From Acidobacteriota bacterium (GTDB taxonomy: Bacteria > Acidobacteriota > Thermoanaerobaculia > Gp7-AA8): a stretch of DNA of 64,000 bases. The stretch lies in assembly GCA_021781455.1 (NCBI GenBank), contig JAJXWV010000026.1:40304-104303 (forward strand), given 5' to 3'. Both the position numbers and the translations under genes were made by a program. This document shows positions 18,661-27,928 of the stretch, in pieces (the first letter of the stretch is position 1; the number at the start of each line of letters is the position of its first letter). The notes below the pieces were generated by a model, which was not told the DNA's origin, made no database searches, and saw nothing but the letters and a program-made list of their open reading frames with translations.

Positions 18661-19635
18661 TTATCCGTTTGGTTCCCGCTGCGGCGGCGCCTGCGGCACC
18701 GGAACCGGCGCTGCGGCATTGAAGAACTTGGGGTCGTACTGGATGTCGGCGCCCTTCTGCAGCTTGTCGATGGCGAGGGTGATCGCCGCCTGCTGCGCCT
18801 GACGCTGCAGCGCCGGCTTCAATTGCTCGAACGGCTGCGTGGTCTGCTTGCCCATCTTGAAGATGTGGATGCCGAAGCGGCTCTGGACAGGCTTCGAGAT
18901 CTCGCCCGGCTTGAGGCTGGCGATGGCCTGCACGATGTCGGGCGGCAGCTGCGACGGGCTCACGTTGCCGAGGCTTCCGCCCTGAGCTCCCGAGGCAGCA
19001 TCATCCGAGACGGCCGCGGCCAGAGATCCGAAACTGGCGCCCGAGCGCAGCTGTGTCTCGACCTGCTCGGCCTTCTTCATGGCCTGTTCCGGAGAAAGAG
19101 CCTTCCCGTTCTTCGGCGGAATCTCCCCACCCTGGTAGGCGATGAGGATGTGGCTCAGCTCGAAGCCTGCGTATTCGTTCTGGTGCTTGTTGTACTCGGC
19201 GCGAAGCTGAGCGTCGCTGGGCGTCCCTGCCAGTTTTTCGGCGGCCCACTGGGCGGCGACGTTGGCCTCGCCGATGCTGAGGCGGGCCTGGACGTCGGGG
19301 TCGGCCTGCGCTCCGAGCTTCTTCGCTTCCTGCTGAAGGACGATCAGTCGCGCCAGTTGCTCGCCGATCTTCTTCCGTCCGACGGGAGTGCCGGCGAACG
19401 GCTGCATCTGCTCGGGAAGAGTCGAGACGAAGAGGTCGAATTCCTTCTGCGTCACGGGCTGGCCGTTCACGCGCATGATCACGTTGCCGACGACCGGGCG
19501 CGGCTGTTCGGCCGCAGTGGTGGTCAGCGGCGGCGACGGAGGAACCGGTGTCTGCGGGATCAGACTGGCCAGACCGAAGCAGATCGCAGCGATGGCCAGG
19601 GCACCGGCGATCGTGAAGAGGATGTCTTTTTTCAT
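18661..19635 (-). CDS. Parvulin-type peptidyl-prolyl isomerase, paralog 2
   Basis: Trimmed to MKKDILFTIAGALAIAAICF. Collinear with paralog 1 along its whole length. The leader of about 25 nt is also conserved. Confidence 0.8.
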   Translation of the reverse strand: MKKDILFTIAGALAIAAICFGLASLIPQTPVPPSPPLTTTAAEQPRPVVGNVIMRVNGQPVTQKEFDLFVSTLPEQMQPFAGTPVGRKKIGEQLARLIVLQQEAKKLGAQADPDVQARLSIGEANVAAQWAAEKLAGTPSDAQLRAEYNKHQNEYAGFELSHILIAYQGGEIPPKNGKALSPEQAMKKAEQVETQLRSGASFGSLAAAVSDDAASGAQGGSLGNVSPSQLPPDIVQAIASLKPGEISKPVQSRFGIHIFKMGKQTTQPFEQLKPALQRQAQQAAITLAIDKLQKGADIQYDPKFFNAAAPVPVPQAPPQREPNG

Positions 19636-19660
19636 CGCGGCGTAAGGTACCACTCTGATC

Positions 19661-19780
19661 AGCGGGTAGCGAGCAGCGGGTAGCGGGTAGGAGGCATGAT
19701 TCGAGGGTGCGGATCGTCACTGAAAAGCGAGGCGATTCCGCGCGCTGCCCCGACCCGCTACACGCTGCCTGCTACCCGCT
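19661..19780. repeat. Tandem-word-arm hairpin HAH6 (word GCGGGTA; 62-nt loop)
   Basis: Left arm AGCGGGTAGCGAGCAGCGGGTAGCGGGTAGG at 19661-19691. Right arm CCCGCTACACGCTGCCTGCTACCCGCT at 19754-19780, with 2 mismatches. Lies between the PPIase start and the nuoG promoter. Confidence 0.75.
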
Positions 19781-19788
19781 TGTTTTCG

Positions 19789-19817
19789 TTGACGCTCCAG
19801 ATTTGAATCACTATGAT
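19789..19817 (+). promoter_or_regulatory. Sigma-70-type promoter candidate for the nuoG operon
   Basis: TTGACG (19789-19794), a 17-nt spacer, then TATGAT (19812-19817), about 120 nt upstream of nuoG. Confidence 0.5.
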
Positions 19818-19827
19818 CCGCGCTTGC

Positions 19828-19845
19828 TTGTGAAACTTTTCACGG
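19828..19845 (+). promoter_or_regulatory. Rex operator, site 1 upstream of nuoG
   Basis: TTGTGAAACTTTTCACGG matches the Rex consensus TTGTGAA-N4-TTCACAA at 12 of 14 defined positions. Lies 11 nt after the -10 box. Confidence 0.65.
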
Positions 19846-19851
19846 GCTCAT

Positions 19852-19869
19852 CCGTGAATCGCTTCACCG
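19852..19869 (+). promoter_or_regulatory. Rex operator, site 2 (weaker)
   Basis: CCGTGAATCGCTTCACCG. The core GTGAA-N4-TTCAC is intact, matching 10 of 14 defined positions. Confidence 0.4.
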
Positions 19870-19934
19870 AAGGCCTTCCCCTCGTCGAGCACGGACCTGC
19901 CTTGGTCCGTTGAGTGCAGCCCAGAAACTCCTTT

Positions 19935-21536
19935 ATGGCCAAAGTTACGATCGACGGAATCGAAGTCGAAGTTCAAGAAGGGATCAATGTGATCGAAGCC
20001 GCCAAAGCGGCCGACATCCACGTCCCCCACTTCTGCTATCACCCCTCTCTCAGCGTCGTCGGCCAGTGCCGGATGTGCCTGGTGGAGATCGAAGGCATGC
20101 CGAAGCTTCAGGTCGGCTGCGGCACCACCGTTCGCGACGGCATGAAGATCCACGTCTGGAGCGAGAAGGTCGACAAGGCGCGCAGAGGCCAGATGGAGTT
20201 CCTGCTCATCAACCACCCGCTCGACTGCCCGATCTGCGACAAAGCCGGCGAGTGCCCGCTGCAGGACTACGCCTTCAATTACGGCAGCGTGGTCTCGCGC
20301 TTTACCGACACCAAGCGCACCTATCCGGGCATGGACCGCACGGCCATCGGGCCGCACGTCGTGCAGAACATGAACCGCTGCATCCACTGCACGCGCTGCA
20401 TCCGCTTCTGCGCGGAGGTCACCGGAACCGACGAACTGGCATTCTTCAAGCGCGGCGCGTCGACCGAGGTCGGCGTGTTTCCCGGCGTGCCGCTCGACAA
20501 CTGGATGAGCGCGTGCGTGACCGACGTCTGTCCCACCGGCGCGCTGACGACGCGTGAGTTCCGTTTCGAATCGCGCGTCTGGAACCTCGAGTCCACCGAT
20601 TCCATCTGCAACGGCTGCGACATCGGGTGCAACATCTTCATCGGCCAGCGCAACGGGCAGATCTTCCGCTACCGGCCGCGCGTGAATCCCGAGGTGAACG
20701 ATCACTGGCTCTGCGACTACGGCCGCTTCTCGTACGAGCGCTACGACACCGACCGCGTGGTCGTGCCCAAGGTGCGCACTGACGATGAATACCTCGGCAT
20801 CGCCACATGGGTCGAAGCCCTCGACGCCATCGAGAAGGCGGTGCGCGGCACGACTGGCGACAGGATCGCCGTCATCGCTTCGGCCAATCACACCAACGAA
20901 GAGGCCTGGCTGGCGAAGAAGCTCTTCGTCGACCATCTGAAAGCAGCCACCGTCGACGTCATGGCCGACCCGATCGGCCCGATCAAGATGAAGTCGCGCA
21001 CCGAGTGGCTCGTCGGAGCCCAGGGCGCGCCGAACCTTCGCGGCGTGAAGAGCGTCGGGATTGGCGAGAAGACGTCCCGCACCGTCGAGGAGCTGATGAC
21101 CAGGGGCGCCGACGGAATCGACGTCCTCTACATCGTCGACTCCGCATTCAGCGAACGCGCCAGCGACCCCGCCGTCGTGGCCAATCTCCGCAAGGCCAAG
21201 TTCCTCATCGTGCACTCGTGGGATGCGGGCCATCCGCTGTCCGACGCCGCCGACGTGCTCCTCCCCGGCGCCATCCACGCCGAGAAGGAAGGGACGTTCA
21301 CGAATCTTCAGAACCGTGTGCAGCGAATCCATCAGGCCTACGCGCCGAAGGGGCAGGCAGTCGGTGACCTCGAGATCCTCCGCAGGATCGGCGCGCGGCT
21401 GTTCCCACAGGCTGAAGACTTCAAGTCGATCGATGTGTTCGACCTGTTCGATGAAATGAGAGAGAGCGTCCCGGCGCTCCAGAACCTCGTGCCGTCCGAA
21501 GACGCGGTCGGCGAGTACGTCGTGCAGAACGCATAG
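19935..21536 (+). CDS. nuoG: NADH-quinone oxidoreductase subunit G (short form)
   Basis: MAKVTIDGIEVEV start; the track begins at GTG 19914. 2Fe-2S and 4Fe-4S motifs CYHPSLSVVGQCRMC, HPLDCPICDKAGEC and CIHCTRCIRFC. Its 534 aa lack the long C-terminal domain of many NuoG proteins. Confidence 0.9.
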   Translation: MAKVTIDGIEVEVQEGINVIEAAKAADIHVPHFCYHPSLSVVGQCRMCLVEIEGMPKLQVGCGTTVRDGMKIHVWSEKVDKARRGQMEFLLINHPLDCPICDKAGECPLQDYAFNYGSVVSRFTDTKRTYPGMDRTAIGPHVVQNMNRCIHCTRCIRFCAEVTGTDELAFFKRGASTEVGVFPGVPLDNWMSACVTDVCPTGALTTREFRFESRVWNLESTDSICNGCDIGCNIFIGQRNGQIFRYRPRVNPEVNDHWLCDYGRFSYERYDTDRVVVPKVRTDDEYLGIATWVEALDAIEKAVRGTTGDRIAVIASANHTNEEAWLAKKLFVDHLKAATVDVMADPIGPIKMKSRTEWLVGAQGAPNLRGVKSVGIGEKTSRTVEELMTRGADGIDVLYIVDSAFSERASDPAVVANLRKAKFLIVHSWDAGHPLSDAADVLLPGAIHAEKEGTFTNLQNRVQRIHQAYAPKGQAVGDLEILRRIGARLFPQAEDFKSIDVFDLFDEMRESVPALQNLVPSEDAVGEYVVQNA

Positions 21537-21547
21537 AGGACGAATCG

Positions 21548-22648
21548 ATGGCATTCGACGCAACCGACATCGTCCTTTCGATCGTAAAAATCGCAATCGT
21601 GCTCTCGTTCGTGCTCAGCGTGACTCCGGTCATGGCCTGGGTCGAGCGCCGCGGCGCCGGCATGATCCAGGACCGGCCCGGACCGAACCGGGTGGGACCG
21701 TTCGGGCTCCTGCAGCCGTTTGCCGACGCGCTGAAGTTCCTGACGAAGGAAGACATCATCCCGGCCCAGGCGAACAAGCTGCTGTACACGCTGGCGCCCG
21801 CCTTCGGCCTTCTCCCCGCGTTGACGACCATCGCCGTCGTGCCGTGGGGCCGGCCTTTCGTGATTCCTCAGATGACCATCGGCGGCCACGTCCTGTTCAC
21901 CGGCGGCCGTCTGTTCGAGCCGATCATCGCCGACGTGAACGCCGGGATCCTGGTGGTCTTCGCGCTGGCTTCGCTGAGCGTCTACGGCGTGACCACGGCG
22001 GGGTGGTCTTCGGCCAACAAGTACTCCATGTTCGGAGCCATCCGCTCCTCGGCGCAGATGATCTCGTACGAGCTCTCGCTGGCCATGGCGGCGCTGGGAG
22101 TCCTGCTCGTGACCGGCTCGCTCCGCCTCAGCGACGTCGTGTGGACACAGGCCGGCTCGTTCGTGCTTTTCGACACGATCAGGGTGCCGGCCTGGAACTG
22201 CTTCTCGCCCGGCATGTGGCTGAGCATGGTCGTCTTCATCGCCGCCGCATTCGCCGAAACGAACCGCCTCCCCTTCGATTTTGCGGAGGCGGAAGCCGAG
22301 CTGGTGGCCGGGTATCACACCGAGTATTCGTCGATGAAGTTCGCGCTGTTCTTCATGTCCGAGTACATGTCGATGGCCACCATGTCGGCGGTCATCGTGA
22401 CGCTGTTCTTCGGCGGATGGGGCATTCCCTGGTATCACGTCCCGCCGACGTTCCTCGGTTTCCTGCTGTCGGCGATCGCGTTCCTGATCAAGATCTGCAT
22501 CATGTTGTTCGTCTTCGTCTGGGTCCGCTGGACGATCCCGCGGCTCAAGTACGACATCCTCATGCGCCTCGGCTGGAAGGTGTTCCTGCCGCTGGCCATC
22601 GTGAACCTCGTGATCGTGGCGGGGTTCATTGCGAAGGGCTGGATTTGA
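21548..22648 (+). CDS. nuoH: NADH-quinone oxidoreductase subunit H
   Basis: 366 aa, polytopic. NuoH/ND1 motifs VMAWVERRGAGMIQDRPGPNRVGPFGLLQPFADALK and AETNRLPFDFAEAEAELVAGYHTEYS. Confidence 0.95.
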   Translation: MAFDATDIVLSIVKIAIVLSFVLSVTPVMAWVERRGAGMIQDRPGPNRVGPFGLLQPFADALKFLTKEDIIPAQANKLLYTLAPAFGLLPALTTIAVVPWGRPFVIPQMTIGGHVLFTGGRLFEPIIADVNAGILVVFALASLSVYGVTTAGWSSANKYSMFGAIRSSAQMISYELSLAMAALGVLLVTGSLRLSDVVWTQAGSFVLFDTIRVPAWNCFSPGMWLSMVVFIAAAFAETNRLPFDFAEAEAELVAGYHTEYSSMKFALFFMSEYMSMATMSAVIVTLFFGGWGIPWYHVPPTFLGFLLSAIAFLIKICIMLFVFVWVRWTIPRLKYDILMRLGWKVFLPLAIVNLVIVAGFIAKGWI

Positions 22649-22657
22649 AACCGATGA

Positions 22658-22752
22658 CGGTTGCGCGGTTGCGCGGTTACGGGGTTGCGCGGTGTGATTC
22701 AAGGACACCAGCGCACGTCGCCACCGCGGAACCGCGAAACCGCGGAACCGCG
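22658..22752. repeat. Tandem-word-arm hairpin HAH7 (octamers GGTTGCGC / GCGGAACC; 31-nt loop)
   Basis: Left arm 22658-22692 and right arm 22724-22752, with about one mismatch per octamer. Fills the nuoH-nuoJ gap. Confidence 0.7.
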
Positions 22753-22757
22753 TAATC

Positions 22758-23311
<554 letters not shown>

Positions 23312-23315
<4 letters not shown>

Positions 23316-23614
23316 TTCCGACCACGTGGTTCCTGATCCTCGGCGCGATTCTGTTCTCCATCGGAGTGTGCGGGGTGCTGACCCGCAGAAACGGCATCAC
23401 CATCTTCATGTCCATCGAGCTGATGGTGAACGCGGTGAACCTGACGTTCCTGGCCTACGCCCGCCAGTTCAATCAGCTCCACGGGCTCATCTTCGTGTTT
23501 TTCATCATGGCGATCGCGGCCGCAGAAGCCGCGGTCGGGCTCGCCATCTTCATCTCGCTGTTCCATCACCGCGAGACGATCGATGTCGACGAAGCGAATC
23601 TGATGCACTGGTAG
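23312..23614 (+). CDS. nuoK: NADH-quinone oxidoreductase subunit K
   Basis: 100 aa, [44 protein letters not shown]. Its ATG overlaps the nuoJ stop in an ATGA arrangement. Confidence 0.9.
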
Positions 23615-23618
23615 AAAC

Positions 23619-23700
23619 GAGTGCTGAGTACTGAGTGCTGAGTACTGAGTACTGAGTGGTTTGTGGCGGACTCAGTACTCAGCACTCAGTACTCAGCACT
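23619..23700. repeat. Tandem-word-arm hairpin HAH8 (alternating CTGAGTA/CTGAGTG)
   Basis: Left arm 23619-23657, 12-nt loop, right arm 23670-23700. The left arm carries one extra ACTGAGT unit. Shares the 5' flank GAAACGAGTGCTGAG with HAH5. Confidence 0.9.
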
Positions 23701-23723
23701 GGCGTAGGGGTCGCATTGCTTCG

Positions 23724-24152
23724 ATGCAGGAGATCGAAGCGATGGACAAGACCGAAAAGCTCATTGACTGGGAAGAAGACGAGAAGCGGGACCGGAATCG
23801 GGATGGCATCGACGACCGGATCGAACCTCCGGTGCCGAATGTGGCGGCCGGGTCGGCGAAGCTCGCCGAGCGGCTGCGGGAGAACACGGCAACCGATCCT
23901 TCTCTCTCCGGCGGCGACGTAGACGCAAGCTGGGACATGGCCGAGTCGGCTGGCGACGAGACCGTGTCCGGGAGCATGCCCACTCCGGAACAGAACAACG
24001 TCGAGGAAATGGGCGAGGCGCTCGGAGTCACCTACGCCGACGATGAGGAGCTGAAGGCGGGAGAGAAGGAACGGAGCCGGGACGAACACCGTTGGGAGCT
24101 CGATCCGGCTTCCTCCGACGATTACCAGGATCGCGCCCGGGACGAACACTAG
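23724..24152 (+). CDS. Acidic hydrophilic hypothetical protein inserted between nuoK and nuoL
   Basis: 142 aa from ATG 23724; the track ORF starts inside the repeat at 23661. The sequence is rich in D/E, for example GGDVDASWDMAESAGDETVSGSMPTPEQNNVEEMGEALGVTYADDEEL...RDEHRWELDP. No TM helix and no cofactor motif. Confidence 0.55.
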   Translation: MQEIEAMDKTEKLIDWEEDEKRDRNRDGIDDRIEPPVPNVAAGSAKLAERLRENTATDPSLSGGDVDASWDMAESAGDETVSGSMPTPEQNNVEEMGEALGVTYADDEELKAGEKERSRDEHRWELDPASSDDYQDRARDEH

Positions 24153-24170
24153 ACGCAGACGCGGGGAGAA

Positions 24171-24203
24171 CCTCCTCACGTTCTGCGAAGAAAACGTGAG
24201 GAG
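24171..24203 (+). terminator. Perfect 11-bp stem-loop after the acidic ORF (no U-tract)
   Basis: CTCCTCACGTT, a 10-nt loop, then AACGTGAGGAG, about 20 nt after the stop. nuoL lies downstream, so this can be at most a partial terminator or a processing site. Confidence 0.35.
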
Positions 24204-24207
24204 ATAC

Positions 24208-24282
24208 GAGTCCTGAGTGCTGAGTCCTGAGTCCTGAGTAGAACGGCTTTACTCAGGACTCAGGACTCAGGACTCAGGACTC
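24208..24282. repeat. Tandem-word-arm hairpin HAH9 (GTCCTGA family)
   Basis: Left arm 24208-24239 contains one GTGCTGA unit. The loop is 11 nt. Right arm 24251-24282 is (ACTCAGG)x4. Ends 9 nt before the nuoL ATG. Confidence 0.9.
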
Positions 24283-24291
24283 ACCCCGCAG

Positions 24292-26214
24292 ATGCTCAAC
24301 GCACTCTGGCTGATTCCCGCCGCACCGTTCGCCGGCTTCGTGGTGAACGGACTGTTCGGCAAGCGCGCCGGCAAGTCGTTCGTCAGCGCCGTCGCCATCC
24401 TTGGCTCGCTGCTGGCCGCCATCTTCGGCACGGTGGCCGTCTTCCAGTACCACGCGCTCTACCCCCACGGCGAGCGCTACGTCGACCTCGTCTACAACTG
24501 GTTCAGCTCCGGCAACGTCGGCGCCGACGTGGCCTTCCAGCTCGATCCCCTCTCCGTGGTCATGCTGCTCGTCGTGACCTGGGTCGGATTCCTGATCCAC
24601 GTCTACTCCGTCGGCTACATGCACGACGACACCGGGTACTTCCGCTATTTCGCCTACCTGAACCTCTTCCTGTCCGAGATGCTGATCCTGGTGCTGGGGA
24701 GCAGCTACCTGGTGATGTTCGTCGGATGGGAGGGAGTCGGGCTCTGTTCGTACCTGCTGATCGGCTTCTACTACAAGACCGATTACGCTCCTGCCGCGGG
24801 CACGAAGGCGTTCGTCCTCAATCGCATCGGCGATTTCGGGTTCCTGATCGCGATGTTCCTGATGTTCGCCTACTTCGGATCGGTGGACTTCGCGCGCGTC
24901 TCGCAGCTCGCGGCGGGAGGCGGCGTCGAGCCGTGGCTGCTCACGGCCATCTGCCTGCTCCTGTTCCTCGGGGCCACTGGCAAGTCCGCGCAGATCCCGC
25001 TTTACGTCTGGCTGCCCGACGCCATGGCCGGCCCGACTCCCGTGTCCGCTCTCATCCACGCGGCCACGATGGTCACGGCCGGCGTGTACATGGTGGCGCG
25101 CTCGAACGTCCTCTATCGGCTGGCACCCGACGCCATGATGGTCGTGGCGGTCATCGGCGGCGCCACGGCTCTCTTCGCGGCCACCATCGCCCTGCGGCAG
25201 TGGGACATCAAGAAAGTCCTCGCCTACTCCACGATCTCGCAGCTGGGATTCATGTTCATCGGCGTGGGCGTCGGCGCCTTCAGCGCGGGCGTGTTCCACC
25301 TGGTCACCCACGCGTTCTTCAAGGCCTGCCTCTTTCTCGGATCCGGCTCGGTCATTCACGCCATGAGCGGCGAGCAGGACATGCGCTCCATGGGCGGGTT
25401 GAAGACGAAGATCCCGCACACCTACCGCACCTTTGCCATCGCCACCTACGCCATCGCCGGGCTTCCTCTGGCCTCGGGCTTCTTCTCGAAGGACGAGATC
25501 CTGGCCTCGGCCTGGGCCACGCCGTACTTCCCGACGGTCGGAAAGATCGTCTGGGCGCTCGGGACCATCGCCGCGTTCTGCACGGCGTTCTACATGTACC
25601 GGCTGCTCTACCTCACCTTCGACGGCAAGTTCCGGGGAACGCACGAGCAGGAGCATCACCTGCACGAGTCGCCCTCGTCGATGGTCGTGCCGCTGTGGAT
25701 CCTGGCCATCCTGGCGATCTTCGGCGGGCTCCTCGGATTGCCCGAGATCTTCCACGCGCCGAACTTCATCGGCAGCTGGCTGGCCGGGGCCGTGCCGGAG
25801 ATCCCCGGTGCACACCATCTCATCGAGATTCCGGCCGGCAGCGAGTGGACGGTCATGATCGTCTCGACGCTCATCGCCCTAGCGGGCTGGTGGGTGGCCC
25901 GGTCGATGTACAAGGACAAGCAGCTCGACACCGATCGCGCCATCGAACAGCGTGTGCCAGGGCTTGCCCGCGCAGTCGAGAACAAGTGGTACGTCGACGA
26001 GTTTTACGGAGCCACGGTCGTCGGCCCGCTCAAGCAGCTGTCGATCTTCTTCTGGCGCATCGTCGACGGCATCATCGACGGGATCGCGGCCATGCTCGGC
26101 TACATCGTGGCCGGGATCGGCGATCTGCTGCGCTTCTTCCAGACCGGGAACGTGCGCAATTACGCGCTGATGCTGTTCGCCGGGGTGGTCGTCTTCATCT
26201 GGATCTTCACGTGA
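24292..26214 (+). CDS. nuoL: NADH-quinone oxidoreductase subunit L
   Basis: 640 aa antiporter-like subunit. Motifs WEGVGLCSYLLIGFYY and TGKSAQIPLYVWLPDAMAGPTPVSALIHAATMV. Confidence 0.95.
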   Translation: MLNALWLIPAAPFAGFVVNGLFGKRAGKSFVSAVAILGSLLAAIFGTVAVFQYHALYPHGERYVDLVYNWFSSGNVGADVAFQLDPLSVVMLLVVTWVGFLIHVYSVGYMHDDTGYFRYFAYLNLFLSEMLILVLGSSYLVMFVGWEGVGLCSYLLIGFYYKTDYAPAAGTKAFVLNRIGDFGFLIAMFLMFAYFGSVDFARVSQLAAGGGVEPWLLTAICLLLFLGATGKSAQIPLYVWLPDAMAGPTPVSALIHAATMVTAGVYMVARSNVLYRLAPDAMMVVAVIGGATALFAATIALRQWDIKKVLAYSTISQLGFMFIGVGVGAFSAGVFHLVTHAFFKACLFLGSGSVIHAMSGEQDMRSMGGLKTKIPHTYRTFAIATYAIAGLPLASGFFSKDEILASAWATPYFPTVGKIVWALGTIAAFCTAFYMYRLLYLTFDGKFRGTHEQEHHLHESPSSMVVPLWILAILAIFGGLLGLPEIFHAPNFIGSWLAGAVPEIPGAHHLIEIPAGSEWTVMIVSTLIALAGWWVARSMYKDKQLDTDRAIEQRVPGLARAVENKWYVDEFYGATVVGPLKQLSIFFWRIVDGIIDGIAAMLGYIVAGIGDLLRFFQTGNVRNYALMLFAGVVVFIWIFT

Positions 26215-26283
26215 GACCGCAGACCGCAGATCGCAGACCGCAGGAGAACGAACTGCGGTCTGCGGTCTGCGGTCTGCGATCTG
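26214..26283. repeat. Tandem-word-arm hairpin HAH10 (GCAGACC x4 / GGTCTGC x4)
   Basis: Left arm 26214-26243, 9-nt loop, right arm 26253-26283. Starts at the last base of the nuoL stop codon and fills the nuoL-nuoM gap. Confidence 0.9.
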
Positions 26284-26293
26284 AGGTTTAATA

Positions 26294-27928
26294 ATGCCAT
26301 TACTCAGCACCATCGTCTGGCTTCCGATCATCGCGGCCGTCGTGCTCGCTTTCTTTCCGCGGAGCGCGGCGAATGCGATCAAGGGTGCCGGCCTCGTCGT
26401 TTCGCTGGCGATCTTCGCGATCTCCCTCGGCATCCTGCCGAACTTCACCGACGCTCCCGGCTTCCAGCTCGTCGAGCATCACGCCTGGATCCCGCAATGG
26501 GGCATCAGCTACAGCCTCGGCGTCGACGGCATCTCGCTGTGGCTGGTCCTGCTGACCACGCTGCTGACTCCGATCGTCCTGCTCTCCTCGTGGAAAGCCA
26601 TCCACAAGTACCCCAAGGAGTACGTGATCTCCTTCCTGGTCATGGAAGCGGCCATGATCGGCTTCTTCCTGGCCATGGACCTGGTGCTCTTCTACGTCTT
26701 CTTCGAGCTGACGCTGCTGCCGATGTACCTGGTGATCGGCGTGTGGGGCGGCGCGAACCGCGTCTACGCCGCGATCAAGTTCTTCCTCTTCACCATCACC
26801 GGGTCGCTGCTGATGCTGCTCGGCATCATCTACGTCGGGTTCAAGTACTCCGAGCAGATGCCGGCCAGCTTCGCCATCCTCGACCTCTACGGCGTCTCGC
26901 TCGCTCCGCGCGTAGCCACGATCCTTTTCTTCGCCTTCTCACTGGCCTTCGCCATCAAGGTGCCGCTCTTCCCGCTACACACCTGGCTGCCTGACGCCCA
27001 CGTCGAGGCTCCCACCGGCGGCTCGATCATCCTTGCCGCAGTCATGCTGAAGATGGGCACGTACGGATTCGTCCGGATCGTGCTGCCGATGTTCCCGGGG
27101 GCGTCGTTGCGCTGGGCGCACCTACTTCTGACGTTGAGCGTCATCGGCATCCTTTACGGCGCGCTCGTGGCCTGGGTGCAGCCGGACATGAAGAAGCTCG
27201 TCGCCTACTCCTCGGTCTCGCACCTCGGCTTCTGCGTCATGGGCCTCTTCGCCCTCAATCAGACCTCGATCGAAGGATCGATCCTGCAGATGGTCAACCA
27301 CGGCCTCTCCACCGGCGCGCTCTTCCTTCTCGTCGGCGTGATCTACGAGAGGCGCCACACGCGTCTGCTCGCTGATTACGGCGGGCTGGCAGCCACGATG
27401 CCGGTGTACGCGACCTTCTTCGTGATCGCCATGCTCTCGTCGGTCGGTTTGCCCGGCCTCAACGGATTCGTCGGCGAGTTCCTGATCCTGGCCGGCACCT
27501 TCCAGACCTATCCGGTATACGCCGTCATCGCCGCGATCGGCGTCATTCTGGCGGCCATCTATCTGCTGTGGCTGATCCAGAAGGTGTTCTACGGCCCGAT
27601 CACGAACGAAGAGAACACGAAAGTGCACGACATCGCCTGGCACGAAGTGGCGGCCCTCGTGCCTCTCGTCGTCCTCATGGTCTGGATCGGCGTGCATCCG
27701 AGCACGTTCCTCAGACGGATGTCGCCCAGTGTCACGCAACTGATCGCAACAGTGAAGCAGGAGCAGCCGGGGAAGGTCATGGTCACGGAGAACCTGCGTG
27801 CTAGGGAACGCTCAGCGAGACTTCGCGATGAATCCTTTGCCGCGCCACGCCCCTCCGGGGTCTCGCCCGCTCAGCATGTCAGGCACGCCCTGCAGCACGG
27901 CGCCTCGATCGCCGGAGGTGCGCGATGA
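26294..27928 (+). CDS. nuoM: NADH-quinone oxidoreductase subunit M
   Basis: 544 aa. Motifs FAIKVPLFPLHTWLPDAHVEAPTGGSIILAAVMLKMGTYG and KKLVAYSSVSHLGF. Confidence 0.95.
   Translation: MPLLSTIVWLPIIAAVVLAFFPRSAANAIKGAGLVVSLAIFAISLGILPNFTDAPGFQLVEHHAWIPQWGISYSLGVDGISLWLVLLTTLLTPIVLLSSWKAIHKYPKEYVISFLVMEAAMIGFFLAMDLVLFYVFFELTLLPMYLVIGVWGGANRVYAAIKFFLFTITGSLLMLLGIIYVGFKYSEQMPASFAILDLYGVSLAPRVATILFFAFSLAFAIKVPLFPLHTWLPDAHVEAPTGGSIILAAVMLKMGTYGFVRIVLPMFPGASLRWAHLLLTLSVIGILYGALVAWVQPDMKKLVAYSSVSHLGFCVMGLFALNQTSIEGSILQMVNHGLSTGALFLLVGVIYERRHTRLLADYGGLAATMPVYATFFVIAMLSSVGLPGLNGFVGEFLILAGTFQTYPVYAVIAAIGVILAAIYLLWLIQKVFYGPITNEENTKVHDIAWHEVAALVPLVVLMVWIGVHPSTFLRRMSPSVTQLIATVKQEQPGKVMVTENLRARERSARLRDESFAAPRPSGVSPAQHVRHALQHGASIAGGAR

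Noticed and set aside
19848-21596. 582-aa minus-strand ORF opposite nuoG, plus similar long ORFs opposite other genes. These are 21338-22933 and 22677-23252 (nuoH/J), 24274-25818 (nuoL), 27871-28851 (nuoN) and 43253-45166 (nuoCD).
   Set aside because: In each case the opposite strand encodes a complex I subunit with diagnostic motifs. The antisense translations are low-complexity and rich in R, G, D, H and E.
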